Below are positions 7,477 to 15,699 of a stretch of DNA of 64,000 bases, one piece after another. Position 1 is the first letter of the stretch. Every line of letters begins with the position of its first letter. The stretch lies in IMG/VR virus record IMGVR_UViG_3300044675_002599, positions 359-64,358 of that record. One strand, written 5' to 3'. The position numbers and the translations under genes are program-made. The DNA comes from a virus (Duplodnaviria; Caudoviricetes). Under the pieces are notes generated by a model. That model was not told the origin of the DNA. It made no database searches and saw nothing but the letters and a program-made list of their open reading frames with translations.

Positions 7477-7717
7477 GTATACCTACCACAATCAACAGCA
7501 TAACTTTCAAGGCCAAGCAATTGGCCTCCCTGATGTTTATACAAATGCATCGGCTGCACAAAAAATTGCTGGACTTCATGTTTACTGTGATCCAACAATT
7601 ATGCATATACGGATCTCGCGATGCTTAGAGCATACATATGAGTTTAAGCCATACGCGATCGTTTATATGAACATAGTGACTGATAAACCAATTACCAGTA
7701 GAAGGAAAGTGTTTTAA
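7469..7717 (+). CDS. Hypothetical early protein
   Basis: GGAGG RBS. 82 aa. Confidence 0.6.
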   Translation: MARYTYHNQQHNFQGQAIGLPDVYTNASAAQKIAGLHVYCDPTIMHIRISRCLEHTYEFKPYAIVYMNIVTDKPITSRRKVF

Positions 7718-7972
7718 ATGAGATTTAAATACGAAGTACTTTACGGAAGCTTAGTTATTGAAGCGCTCCTTAAAGAGAAATTGATTACAAAGGATCATTA
7801 CGATCACATGTGGGAAATCTTTGTTGATCGAGGTAATGAATTGACATATACATTGATTGACTTAGCTGATGTTTTAATTAATCTTGAGCAAGTTGATTGC
7901 GAAATGATTGTTAATTACATGACTGCTAACCATAACTTAATCGAGTTTTACACAACTAAGCTCGCTATCTAA
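7718..7972 (+). CDS. Hypothetical early protein
   Basis: 84 aa. Abuts the upstream stop. Confidence 0.6.
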   Translation: MRFKYEVLYGSLVIEALLKEKLITKDHYDHMWEIFVDRGNELTYTLIDLADVLINLEQVDCEMIVNYMTANHNLIEFYTTKLAI

Positions 7973-7979
7973 TGTTTGT

Positions 7980-8008
7980 GTGAGGGGTGCGTCTCACTAA
8001 CAACGCAT
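7980..8008 (+). repeat. 29-nt intergenic repeat, copy 2 (predicted H-type pseudoknot)
   Basis: GTGAGGGGTGCGTCTCACTAACAACGCAT. Confidence 0.9.
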
Positions 8009-8024
8009 AGAAAAGAAACACATT

Positions 8025-8516
8025 ATGTCTATCGAATTGTACACAAAGTATTTCCGCGAAACTCTTCTCGCTGTTCCTGCAAAAGTAGCAGACGGTACAT
8101 TGCTTTCGTATGCTGGATACCACACCACATCACATACAGATACCGTTGAACTCAACGGGCATTACATATCAATGGAGTACAAGCTGCGTATGGACGTAGC
8201 TAATGGTGAAGAGAAGACTCTTCATCCTATTCCTCTTGTTCAAATTGAACTAACTATGACATTGCGTCCTGACAAGGATAGCCGTGAAACATCGTCATTT
8301 ATGAGCAAGGTCATCAAGGTTCAGCTTAACAGCGAGACTCTTGAAGAGCAGATTGATGAGGCGATTCAGACACTGGAGCGCATCATTATAGATGTAAAGT
8401 TGCCAACTATAGCTTTTGACTTCTGGAAGTATGTTGCAACTGCAATGCCAGACTTTGAGAAGCAGGTGTCTAAAGCGGTTGTGACTAACCACACTCGTCT
8501 ATCCTATAAGGACTAG
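8025..8516 (+). CDS. Hypothetical early protein
   Basis: 163 aa, flanked by repeat copies 2 and 3. Confidence 0.7.
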   Translation: MSIELYTKYFRETLLAVPAKVADGTLLSYAGYHTTSHTDTVELNGHYISMEYKLRMDVANGEEKTLHPIPLVQIELTMTLRPDKDSRETSSFMSKVIKVQLNSETLEEQIDEAIQTLERIIIDVKLPTIAFDFWKYVATAMPDFEKQVSKAVVTNHTRLSYKD

Positions 8517-8522
8517 TTAGAT

Positions 8523-8551
8523 GTGAGGGGTGCGTCTCACTAACAACGCAC
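8523..8551 (+). repeat. 29-nt intergenic repeat, copy 3 (predicted H-type pseudoknot)
   Basis: GTGAGGGGTGCGTCTCACTAACAACGCAC. Confidence 0.9.
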
Positions 8552-8576
8552 AACTACACAATAAATAGGCAACACA

Positions 8577-8840
8577 ATGAAATACACAGAACCAGCGTTT
8601 CGTAAACTCGTAGATGAGCTGCTCACAAAGACTATTGGATTTGATAGCACTGATCTACCTGACTTTAGTCTTTGGGAATACTTTGACCTTGACTATGATT
8701 ACACACCACAAGAAATATCTAAAGCAGTACAAGAAGCAAGCATTGATCTACTTGTTGAGGCTGATGGGCCAAGCGATTTATTGATTGAGATAGTACAAGA
8801 CTTGATGAAACAAGAAGCAAACACACTTAGAGGAATTTAA
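8577..8840 (+). CDS. Small acidic early protein
   Basis: 87 aa, 19 D/E versus 7 K/R by manual count. Confidence 0.65.
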   Translation: MKYTEPAFRKLVDELLTKTIGFDSTDLPDFSLWEYFDLDYDYTPQEISKAVQEASIDLLVEADGPSDLLIEIVQDLMKQEANTLRGI

Positions 8841-8842
8841 TT

Positions 8843-9088
8843 ATGGAACGAGTTATCTGTTTGGTAAGCGTAGAGATGTTTAATGCACCCGGCATGTTAC
8901 GCTGGGCACGTCACTTTTACCGCATGAGTAACTGCTCCAAGAAAGACAAGAAGTATTTCTTGGGTGTCATGGAAGCATGGGTAACAGACAAGGCAACTGC
9001 TAAGTACTGCCTCGAATGCCCTGATGATGTCATTCAATGGGATGACACAGCACAGACAGCAACAATAACAATAAAGGTAACAAAATGA
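8843..9088 (+). CDS. Hypothetical early protein
   Basis: 81 aa. GAGGA RBS. Confidence 0.6.
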   Translation: MERVICLVSVEMFNAPGMLRWARHFYRMSNCSKKDKKYFLGVMEAWVTDKATAKYCLECPDDVIQWDDTAQTATITIKVTK

Positions 9089-9402
9089 GTTTTGAATTTA
9101 GACCTATCAAGTACACATTCTGGAATACGTTCGGGGATAACACCCCGAACGATTTCGTTTGTATGTATATCGAACCGCATTATGGTGAGCCATGCCTTAT
9201 CAAAATTAGGCGCAGACTTGCTACAGAAATCGGATGTAAGAGACTACGTCAAGGTGTAGAGTGGCACGTCAACGATACTGACTGCTCTATGTGGAGTCAA
9301 CGTCATGCAGTCATAGGTTACGCTGAAGTGCTTGCACCTATAACTGTTGAGTCTAAGAAACAAGCTCTAGCAGTGTGTGAATTTATGGAGTTAAAACAAT
9401 AA
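9085..9402 (+). CDS. Hypothetical early protein
   Basis: Coupled 105-aa ORF. Confidence 0.6.
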   Translation: MSFEFRPIKYTFWNTFGDNTPNDFVCMYIEPHYGEPCLIKIRRRLATEIGCKRLRQGVEWHVNDTDCSMWSQRHAVIGYAEVLAPITVESKKQALAVCEFMELKQ

Positions 9403-9650
9403 TGAAAGCTGTCGAAGGTGCTGGATTAATCATTGCAAGCCCAGTGTTAATGGGATGTGGGTGTTGTTTAGTACCTGTTATTGCATTTATCGTAATGACA
9501 ATATTCTCTACTGTTGCAATCGGTACAAGTGGATTAATAGGTGTACTAATTCACAACAAACAAACTGTACTAATAACTCTTTCAATAGGGTTAATCATTA
9601 CTGGTGGAGTGATTTTATTTAAATATTTTGGAGAAAAACCTAATGAGTGA
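9402..9650 (+). CDS. Small membrane protein (2-3 hydrophobic segments)
   Basis: Almost entirely hydrophobic 82-aa ORF with GCGCC. Confidence 0.6.
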   Translation: MKAVEGAGLIIASPVLMGCGCCLVPVIAFIVMTIFSTVAIGTSGLIGVLIHNKQTVLITLSIGLIITGGVILFKYFGEKPNE

Positions 9651-10041
9651 GAACATACTTCTGCAAGCATGGGAAGAAATAATGAGCGATGCACAAGAAG
9701 CTGAAGAGTGCATTGTTTCCATGTATAGCATTGAGCCGTATTATGGTGGCCCAGAGGAAGGAGGTTGGTGGGGCAACCTGTACATACTCAGAGAATATGT
9801 ACGATGTAGTAATCGTGAAGCAGCAGAGAGTCTACGAACAAAACTGCAAGAGAGATGTTCACAGTTAAATTATGAAGCAAAAATAGCAGACGGAGAACAT
9901 TGCTTGCGTCAGATAGAAAGGGCTGACGCACGGGGTGAAGACATTGATGACTATGGTTATGATGGACCAAGTTCATACAACGTAATCATCGAGAAGTTTC
10001 CCGGCGAGAATCAAGTAACAGAAAGATCACATTACGAATAA
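9643..10041 (+). CDS. Hypothetical early protein with YGGPEEGGWW motif
   Basis: Motif recalled from other phage early proteins. GGAG upstream of ATG 9643. Confidence 0.65.
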   Translation: MSENILLQAWEEIMSDAQEAEECIVSMYSIEPYYGGPEEGGWWGNLYILREYVRCSNREAAESLRTKLQERCSQLNYEAKIADGEHCLRQIERADARGEDIDDYGYDGPSSYNVIIEKFPGENQVTERSHYE

Positions 10042-10550
10042 TGCCACTCAAGAAACTGACGCCTGAACAAACAGAATCAATACGTCATCAAGCAAACAAT
10101 GGTGTAAGTGTAGTTGCACTTGCTACTAAATACAAAGTGTCTGAACAACACATATACAGAATTAAAAGTAATCAACGACGAGACAGAAAGACAAAACAAA
10201 TGAGTACATACAACGGCTGGACTAATTACGCGACATGGTTGTTTTATCTGCATCACCAAGAAAATGTAGAGCACTGGTATTACGATGAGCCAGCAAGCAC
10301 ACGCAAAGATCTTGATGAAACACATCTTCAAAATTATTTTGAGGAAATGTACGGCGAACTGATGCATGATGTTGCAAATACTTACATCACTGACGTTTTC
10401 AATAATGAGCTACGTGATGTGAATTGGAAGGAGGTAATGAAGACATTACGAGCAGAAGATGAGACATATGATGCCAATTGGACAGAAGAAGGCGCAATAA
10501 CAAACTACTTAGACCACATAGCAGAAAACAAAGATAAAGAAAGAAACTAA
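10041..10550 (+). CDS. HTH domain fused to an acidic YNGWTNYATW-type domain
   Basis: N-terminal KLTPEQTESIR...VVALATKYKVSEQHIYRIK HTH. The second domain begins MSTYNGWTNYATW at ATG 10200. Confidence 0.65.
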   Translation: MPLKKLTPEQTESIRHQANNGVSVVALATKYKVSEQHIYRIKSNQRRDRKTKQMSTYNGWTNYATWLFYLHHQENVEHWYYDEPASTRKDLDETHLQNYFEEMYGELMHDVANTYITDVFNNELRDVNWKEVMKTLRAEDETYDANWTEEGAITNYLDHIAENKDKERN

Positions 10551-11443
10551 TGACAGCACAACAATATCTCGCTAAGTTCGGGCTGGATGCAAATCCAGCC
10601 CTTTTCACCAATGTACACAATGGCAAACACATGAAGCCCAAGTACAACTCATACTGTATCTACGATGGCGTTAGCCAACTAGACAGACGGTCTCGCATCA
10701 TATGTGTCATGTCTAACTGCCAGACCAATAATGAGGACTGGAACATCAAGACTGGTGACATGATTCAGTCATACATCATCATGCGTGATGTACATCCACA
10801 AGTTGCAATCGACCAGCTACTCGATGGTTGTATCTGTGGTAACTGCACACACCGCAAGCGACGCAAGCGCCACACACGTACAGCCAAGGTCAAGGATGTA
10901 CGTACTTGCTACGTCAACATCGGCAAGGGTACAGCAGCTGTCTGGGAGTCATTTCAAAAGGGCAACATACCTATTGTGTCTAGCACTGTTGCCGCTACTA
11001 TTCAGGTAGTTGCTGGCAAGAAACTACGCATGGGTACATACGGTGACCCAGTTGCTGTACCATTCCCAATCTGGGGTGACATGCTACGCTATGAGCTTGG
11101 TCATACTGGCTATACACATCAATGGCGTATGCCAATAGCCAAGCCGTTCCGTGGTGTACTTCAAGCATCATGTGACTCATACATTGATCGATGGGAAGCC
11201 AAACAGGCTGGCTGGGGTACGTTTCTAGTTCGTCCACACGATGGATATATTGACAAGCGCCACACTGCTTATGCCCGTGGCGCCAAACAATGCCCAAGCG
11301 ATCCATTCATTAACGAGATGCGAGTAATGCGGAATATGCTGAAAATGCATACTACATGCGATACTTGTCCTGCATCTCTACGCTGTGATGGCGATAGCGA
11401 TATCGTCATCCGTGCCCACGGTTCAGCTGCGCTGTGGGTTTAA
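10550..11443 (+). CDS. Cys-rich putative Fe-S protein (gp88/DUF7227-like, radical-SAM-related by recollection)
   Basis: CICGNCTHR...CYVN, RMGTYGDP, TGYTHQW, CP...TCDTC...C...AHG. Confidence 0.6.
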   Translation: MTAQQYLAKFGLDANPALFTNVHNGKHMKPKYNSYCIYDGVSQLDRRSRIICVMSNCQTNNEDWNIKTGDMIQSYIIMRDVHPQVAIDQLLDGCICGNCTHRKRRKRHTRTAKVKDVRTCYVNIGKGTAAVWESFQKGNIPIVSSTVAATIQVVAGKKLRMGTYGDPVAVPFPIWGDMLRYELGHTGYTHQWRMPIAKPFRGVLQASCDSYIDRWEAKQAGWGTFLVRPHDGYIDKRHTAYARGAKQCPSDPFINEMRVMRNMLKMHTTCDTCPASLRCDGDSDIVIRAHGSAALWV

Positions 11444-11464
11444 TTAAACACAAGGTAAATAAAC

Positions 11465-11878
11465 ATGTTTTATTCAATATGCGAAGAAGACGAATGGTCA
11501 TCTGATCACTGGGATGGACAAGGTCACTATACAAAGGATGGAGAGTGTCACTCGCCAGCTAACGGTGTGTACTTTGCTTACAATGTTGCTCAACGTATCT
11601 TTGCTGACATAAGAGTCAGATATACAGACGAAGGCGTTAAGCAATTCATTCAGGAAGAATGCGACAGATGCAAATGCCGCGTTGATTCCGATGAAATCGA
11701 TGTGTTTTGCAAAGCTATACAAGACGCATACGATGCTGAGACAGTAGAAGAATTCAACGAGTCACTATGGGATTTTGTTCACGACAGTGACTTTAGTGAG
11801 TGGAATGACATATTTAGTGGGCATGATCTTGCTTATGCATGCAAACTTACAGAACCAGAAGGATGGGTAACACATTGA
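11465..11878 (+). CDS. Acidic hypothetical early protein
   Basis: 137 aa, D/E-rich. Confidence 0.65.
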   Translation: MFYSICEEDEWSSDHWDGQGHYTKDGECHSPANGVYFAYNVAQRIFADIRVRYTDEGVKQFIQEECDRCKCRVDSDEIDVFCKAIQDAYDAETVEEFNESLWDFVHDSDFSEWNDIFSGHDLAYACKLTEPEGWVTH

Positions 11879-12168
11879 CAGTAGAAGAAATTGATCAAGA
11901 TCAAGAGAATTTTGAGAACGAGTTGCGATGGCTGCGGGAGAAATACCCGCAGTTTTACATTGAAGTATGGGGGCCATATGACTTTGCATTGCAACTTAAT
12001 AATGGTGGATATCCGACTGGAGACGAACTTGCACAGGCTGCAGCAGAAAACTGGGATAAATGGGTAGGTGTAGTCGAGGTATTACACGACACATTTGATG
12101 CCCACGTTGGCACAAATTGGGATCGACTTACACAAGCAATAAAGGAGATAGAACGAGATGCAAAATGA
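11863..12168 (+). CDS. Acidic hypothetical early protein
   Basis: ORF track gives 11839. Likely start is ATG 11863 or TTG 11875. Confidence 0.6.
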   Translation: MGNTLTVEEIDQDQENFENELRWLREKYPQFYIEVWGPYDFALQLNNGGYPTGDELAQAAAENWDKWVGVVEVLHDTFDAHVGTNWDRLTQAIKEIERDAK

Positions 12169-12487
12169 TTACACACCTGAACACATGAAGTTTACTATTC
12201 AATCCATCAACACGGAGTGGTGGTACGAGATGATGATGGACATGATCCAATACAACGATTGGGTCAAGAATGTACGCACCGTTGAACATACAGATACAAA
12301 CTGGGTAATAGAGATCATTGATGATGAGTGTGAAACACATCTCATATCAGATCTGAATCTGTTGGAACATCTACGCAAGAGCTGGTCAATTGGCGACCGG
12401 ACGTTTGTAGAGCCACAAAATATTGATTACGACATCATTGACTGCATAGTGCAAGAACTATGCTTTGGTGAGTTAGTTTACGGATAA
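12158..12487 (+). CDS. Acidic hypothetical early protein
   Basis: AAGGAG RBS. C-terminal DYDIIDCIVQELCFGELVYG, an ending pattern recalled from other phage proteins. Confidence 0.65.
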   Translation: MQNDYTPEHMKFTIQSINTEWWYEMMMDMIQYNDWVKNVRTVEHTDTNWVIEIIDDECETHLISDLNLLEHLRKSWSIGDRTFVEPQNIDYDIIDCIVQELCFGELVYG

Positions 12488-12498
12488 GGAGTAACACA

Positions 12499-13005
12499 AT
12501 GCCTAATTGGTGCGTTAACACATTTATTGTTTCTGGTGACAACATCGACGATGTAACAAAATGGCAAACAGAAAACACAACTGTAGATAAACATGGTCTT
12601 TACCAAGTAGATTTCAATGGGTCAGTACCCATGCCAGATGAAGAAGATGGCAACAACTGGTACACATGGTCTTTATCTAACTGGGGGACTAAATGGAATG
12701 CATGCTATGGCTGCATACTAGAAAGCATTGGTAACGACAACGAGTTACGATATTCGTTCGACACAGCATGGAGTCCACCACGTGAGTGGTTCATTACTAT
12801 GAGTGCAAAGTATCCCAAGCTTAACTTTGCAATGCACTACTCAGAACCCGGCATGTGCTTTGCTGGCACTATGTCCAGACAAGACGGTTACTTTGACGAA
12901 GTGCAACGAGTAAATGAAGAGTTGACTGATGAAGACAAAGAAGCAATGGGTTACACACCATGCGAGTGTTGCAAGGGTTGGGAAGAAGAATGCATGTGTG
13001 ACTGA
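12499..13005 (+). CDS. YubB/DUF1281-like ferredoxin-fold protein
   Basis: MPNWC, WYTWSLSNWGTKWN, FDTAWSPP and YSEPGMCFAG signature motifs. Confidence 0.85.
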   Translation: MPNWCVNTFIVSGDNIDDVTKWQTENTTVDKHGLYQVDFNGSVPMPDEEDGNNWYTWSLSNWGTKWNACYGCILESIGNDNELRYSFDTAWSPPREWFITMSAKYPKLNFAMHYSEPGMCFAGTMSRQDGYFDEVQRVNEELTDEDKEAMGYTPCECCKGWEEECMCD

Positions 13006-13011
13006 TATACT
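13003..13011 (+). promoter_or_regulatory. Extended -10 promoter (TGATATACT)
   Basis: Precedes the recombination/replication block and is followed directly by AATGTATTACA. Confidence 0.5.
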
Positions 13012-13045
13012 AATGTATTACAAATCAATATCTTGAAAGGAAATT

Positions 13046-13465
13046 ATGTTAGAAGAATTAGTTTCGTTAATGAATGAGATGCAGTCAGATGCCGACCCAC
13101 AACTCAAAGAGGGGTGGAAACAAATAGAACCATTAATATCACCAAGTGGAATCATTACACTCACGTGGCCTAAATGGAAATTAAAAATCACATCATTTAA
13201 AATGCCGAACACACAAGAAGGGAAGACAAATCATTTTGAAAATTTAAAAACAATGGACGAACTATATGTAAGCAAAGTTGAAGCAGATAAACCATCGCTT
13301 CTTTGGAGAACACCACAATCAGAAACAAAATACAACTGGTCGGAATATGAAAAACCGTACGTTGTAGACGTTGTTGATTGGTTCCTCAAAGGTGACTGGA
13401 CTCCGCCATGGAAGTGCGGTCACTGTATGGCTAGGCACAAGACCTCTAGTCCTCCTAAGTTCTAA
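13046..13465 (+). CDS. Hypothetical protein
   Basis: 139 aa. AAAGGA RBS. Confidence 0.65.
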   Translation: MLEELVSLMNEMQSDADPQLKEGWKQIEPLISPSGIITLTWPKWKLKITSFKMPNTQEGKTNHFENLKTMDELYVSKVEADKPSLLWRTPQSETKYNWSEYEKPYVVDVVDWFLKGDWTPPWKCGHCMARHKTSSPPKF

Positions 13466-14019
13466 TGCCAACAAGAAGACGGAGTGCTTATCACCCTGTT
13501 TGCTACTACGTGGACTCTCCTTTAGGGAGGGTCCATATTAGCAATCAGTTCACTGCAAAGATTATCTATCAACTATGGTGTCAATACTCTTGTGATTATA
13601 ATCTCGATGGTGTAGTTACAGTTCATGCATTGATGTCACCTAATGGGTGGTCAACATGGAGTCGTAAACACGTTATTGATTTACTAAATGGTGGATGGAA
13701 AGCAAGGCTTCTATGTAAGTCGATCATAACTAATTCAGAACGTAAGGAGGTATTGTTTAACTCATCAGTAAAAATATCAACTGATGAATATGAATGGTTT
13801 TCAATACATAAATGGAACGACATGACCAATGTCGTAAATCATCAACTTACATTGACGTTGATGTATCCACAGGTATTGCAACACATATTAAGATCACCAA
13901 CTCCATTATCCGCTCGCATGGCATTAGAGATAGATAAGCTCTCTGTCTTCCCAGATGGAACATCATCAACTAAATATGTAAAACAAGTTTGGGAATACAT
14001 ACATGGAAGAAGATCCTGA
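13465..14019 (+). CDS. Hypothetical protein
   Basis: 184 aa. TAATG-coupled. Confidence 0.65.
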   Translation: MPTRRRSAYHPVCYYVDSPLGRVHISNQFTAKIIYQLWCQYSCDYNLDGVVTVHALMSPNGWSTWSRKHVIDLLNGGWKARLLCKSIITNSERKEVLFNSSVKISTDEYEWFSIHKWNDMTNVVNHQLTLTLMYPQVLQHILRSPTPLSARMALEIDKLSVFPDGTSSTKYVKQVWEYIHGRRS

Positions 14020-14113
14020 TTTCATAAGTGCCATACAAGGTGGCATGGGTTGTTTATTTATCATCTTATTAGTAGCAAGCTATTTCTACTATGCGTATAT
14101 CATTAGAATATGA
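14003..14113 (+). CDS. 36-aa single-pass membrane protein
   Basis: Manual translation MEEDPDFISAIQGGMGCLFIILLVASYFYYAYIIRI. ATGA overlap with the next gene. Confidence 0.5.
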   Translation: MEEDPDFISAIQGGMGCLFIILLVASYFYYAYIIRI

Positions 14114-14478
14114 GAAGGAAAAACGACGAAGCAGTATTTCAAAGTCAAGTCTGCATGATGTTACGAGCATGTGGATACACAATTATTGAGGTAGGTAAAT
14201 CAAGAGGCAAAACAAGATGTCGTTCATGTGGCACATTTCAATACGCTACTGGATGGCAAGGTAATACCGTTGGCGCACCTGATTTATACGTACATTGTAA
14301 AGACTGGCCAATACCAATCGGTGTTGGCCTTGAATTAAAAACAGAGAAAGGGTCTGTAAGAGAAGCACAACAATTAATAGCAAATGAAAACATGACAGTC
14401 ATCTGTAGGAATGTAGATGACGTAATAAACGCAATGAGAAAAGTCGAACTAAAGTTTGAAAGAGAATGTAAATTATGA
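14110..14478 (+). CDS. VRR-NUC-like PD-(D/E)xK nuclease with CxxC insert
   Basis: EAVFQ...GAPDL...ELKTEKG...Q motif order. Confidence 0.8.
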   Translation: MRRKNDEAVFQSQVCMMLRACGYTIIEVGKSRGKTRCRSCGTFQYATGWQGNTVGAPDLYVHCKDWPIPIGVGLELKTEKGSVREAQQLIANENMTVICRNVDDVINAMRKVELKFERECKL

Positions 14479-15125
14479 ATTATGATGTGTTTCCATTTAG
14501 TGAAACCAATCATGGATGCGACGTAACGTATGATCCATTTCACTATGTATATGTTGCAGAGAAAGATGGAGCAATAGCCCATGTAAACAAAGAAGGCTGG
14601 TCATTAGTTTGTTGTTGGACTTCTGTTTGGGATGCAGAAAAAGATGTCGAGAAGAACTTTGATAATCCTAAAGATTACGACATTAAACCTATCTCAATTC
14701 ATATCTTGGCGCACGTATCACCAGCGATTATTCTTGATGGTGAACCTATCCTAATTAAATCAACTAACATAGTCAACACAAAAGCATCTGTACTTACTTG
14801 TCCTGATGTTATGTATCCTGATGCCGCAATGCTATGGCATATTGCTGTAGACAAAGAAGCTAAGTCTCCAATAACTGATAAGAATGGTAATCCATTTGCA
14901 GATTTAGACCCATTTGAATTGATGACTTCAATTTATAAACACGTAGGTGAGGAATGCATTGATAAGTTAGCTGTTGGCGATTACGTTATTGTTGCATATA
15001 CATTGTTAGTTCTATCTAAGATGGCAACAAGCTACAACGTAAATGGAAAAGTATATAGTCCAAGTGTTTCATTACTACTAAGTAAGCATGGACGGAAAGC
15101 AAACAAAGAACACGATAATGTTTAA
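14475..15125 (+). CDS. Hypothetical protein
   Basis: 216-aa coupled ORF. Confidence 0.65.
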   Translation: MNYDVFPFSETNHGCDVTYDPFHYVYVAEKDGAIAHVNKEGWSLVCCWTSVWDAEKDVEKNFDNPKDYDIKPISIHILAHVSPAIILDGEPILIKSTNIVNTKASVLTCPDVMYPDAAMLWHIAVDKEAKSPITDKNGNPFADLDPFELMTSIYKHVGEECIDKLAVGDYVIVAYTLLVLSKMATSYNVNGKVYSPSVSLLLSKHGRKANKEHDNV

Positions 15126-15699
15126 TCCTAGAGATCACTTCATCAACTTAAAAGGCAAGCAGTACTTGCCTGTTGCTCCACGTATTGCGTGGTTCCGTGA
15201 GGAACATCCAGACTGGACAATCATGACGTATGCAGTACCCGATCTTTCGGGTGCTGACTACACTACATTTGCTGCAGAAATCTTAGATGACACTGGAAGG
15301 CTTATTGCTAAAGCTCATAAGACAGAGCATGAGAAGCACTTTGCTGATTACCGCGAGAAGGCAGAAACGGGCGCCATTGGGCGAGCACTAGCCTTGTGTG
15401 GGTATGGCACATTGTTTGCTCAGGAGTTGGAAGAACCTATTACACCAGCGGGTGAGATGCGTATTGTTGATGCACCTCAACTTGGCAAAGTAAAACTTAC
15501 GCCGGGTAAACAATTTGCATTTGAATGTAAGCGCATATGGGGACTAGGTATTACGTCATCCGATATGAAGCGCGTGTTCTTTAAATTGGCAGGACATAAT
15601 GACACTAGCGATGAAAATCTCAAGTTAGTGAATGAAGTATTGCTTGGATTCAACACACCGGAAGAAGCAGAGTCGGTGTTTTTGACAGAGGAGGAATAA
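15118..15699 (+). CDS. Rad52/Sak-like single-strand annealing protein
   Basis: KGKQYLPVAPRIAWFREEHP...EKAETGAIGRALALCGYG. Adjacent to a Gam-like gene. Confidence 0.65.
   Translation: MFNPRDHFINLKGKQYLPVAPRIAWFREEHPDWTIMTYAVPDLSGADYTTFAAEILDDTGRLIAKAHKTEHEKHFADYREKAETGAIGRALALCGYGTLFAQELEEPITPAGEMRIVDAPQLGKVKLTPGKQFAFECKRIWGLGITSSDMKRVFFKLAGHNDTSDENLKLVNEVLLGFNTPEEAESVFLTEEE

Noticed and set aside
6886-8551. CRISPR array or attC-like cassette sites
   Set aside because: The 29-nt repeats are separated by 0.5-1.1 kb of whole genes. No cas or integrase gene and no attC-like long palindrome.
6877-8577. Stop-codon readthrough or frameshift stimulated by the pseudoknots (they lie 6-7 nt after stops, as in retroviral readthrough signals)
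   Set aside because: Downstream ATGs are out of frame for copies 1 and 2 (49 and 52 nt), copy 3 has an in-frame TAA inside the element, and no slippery heptamer precedes any copy.
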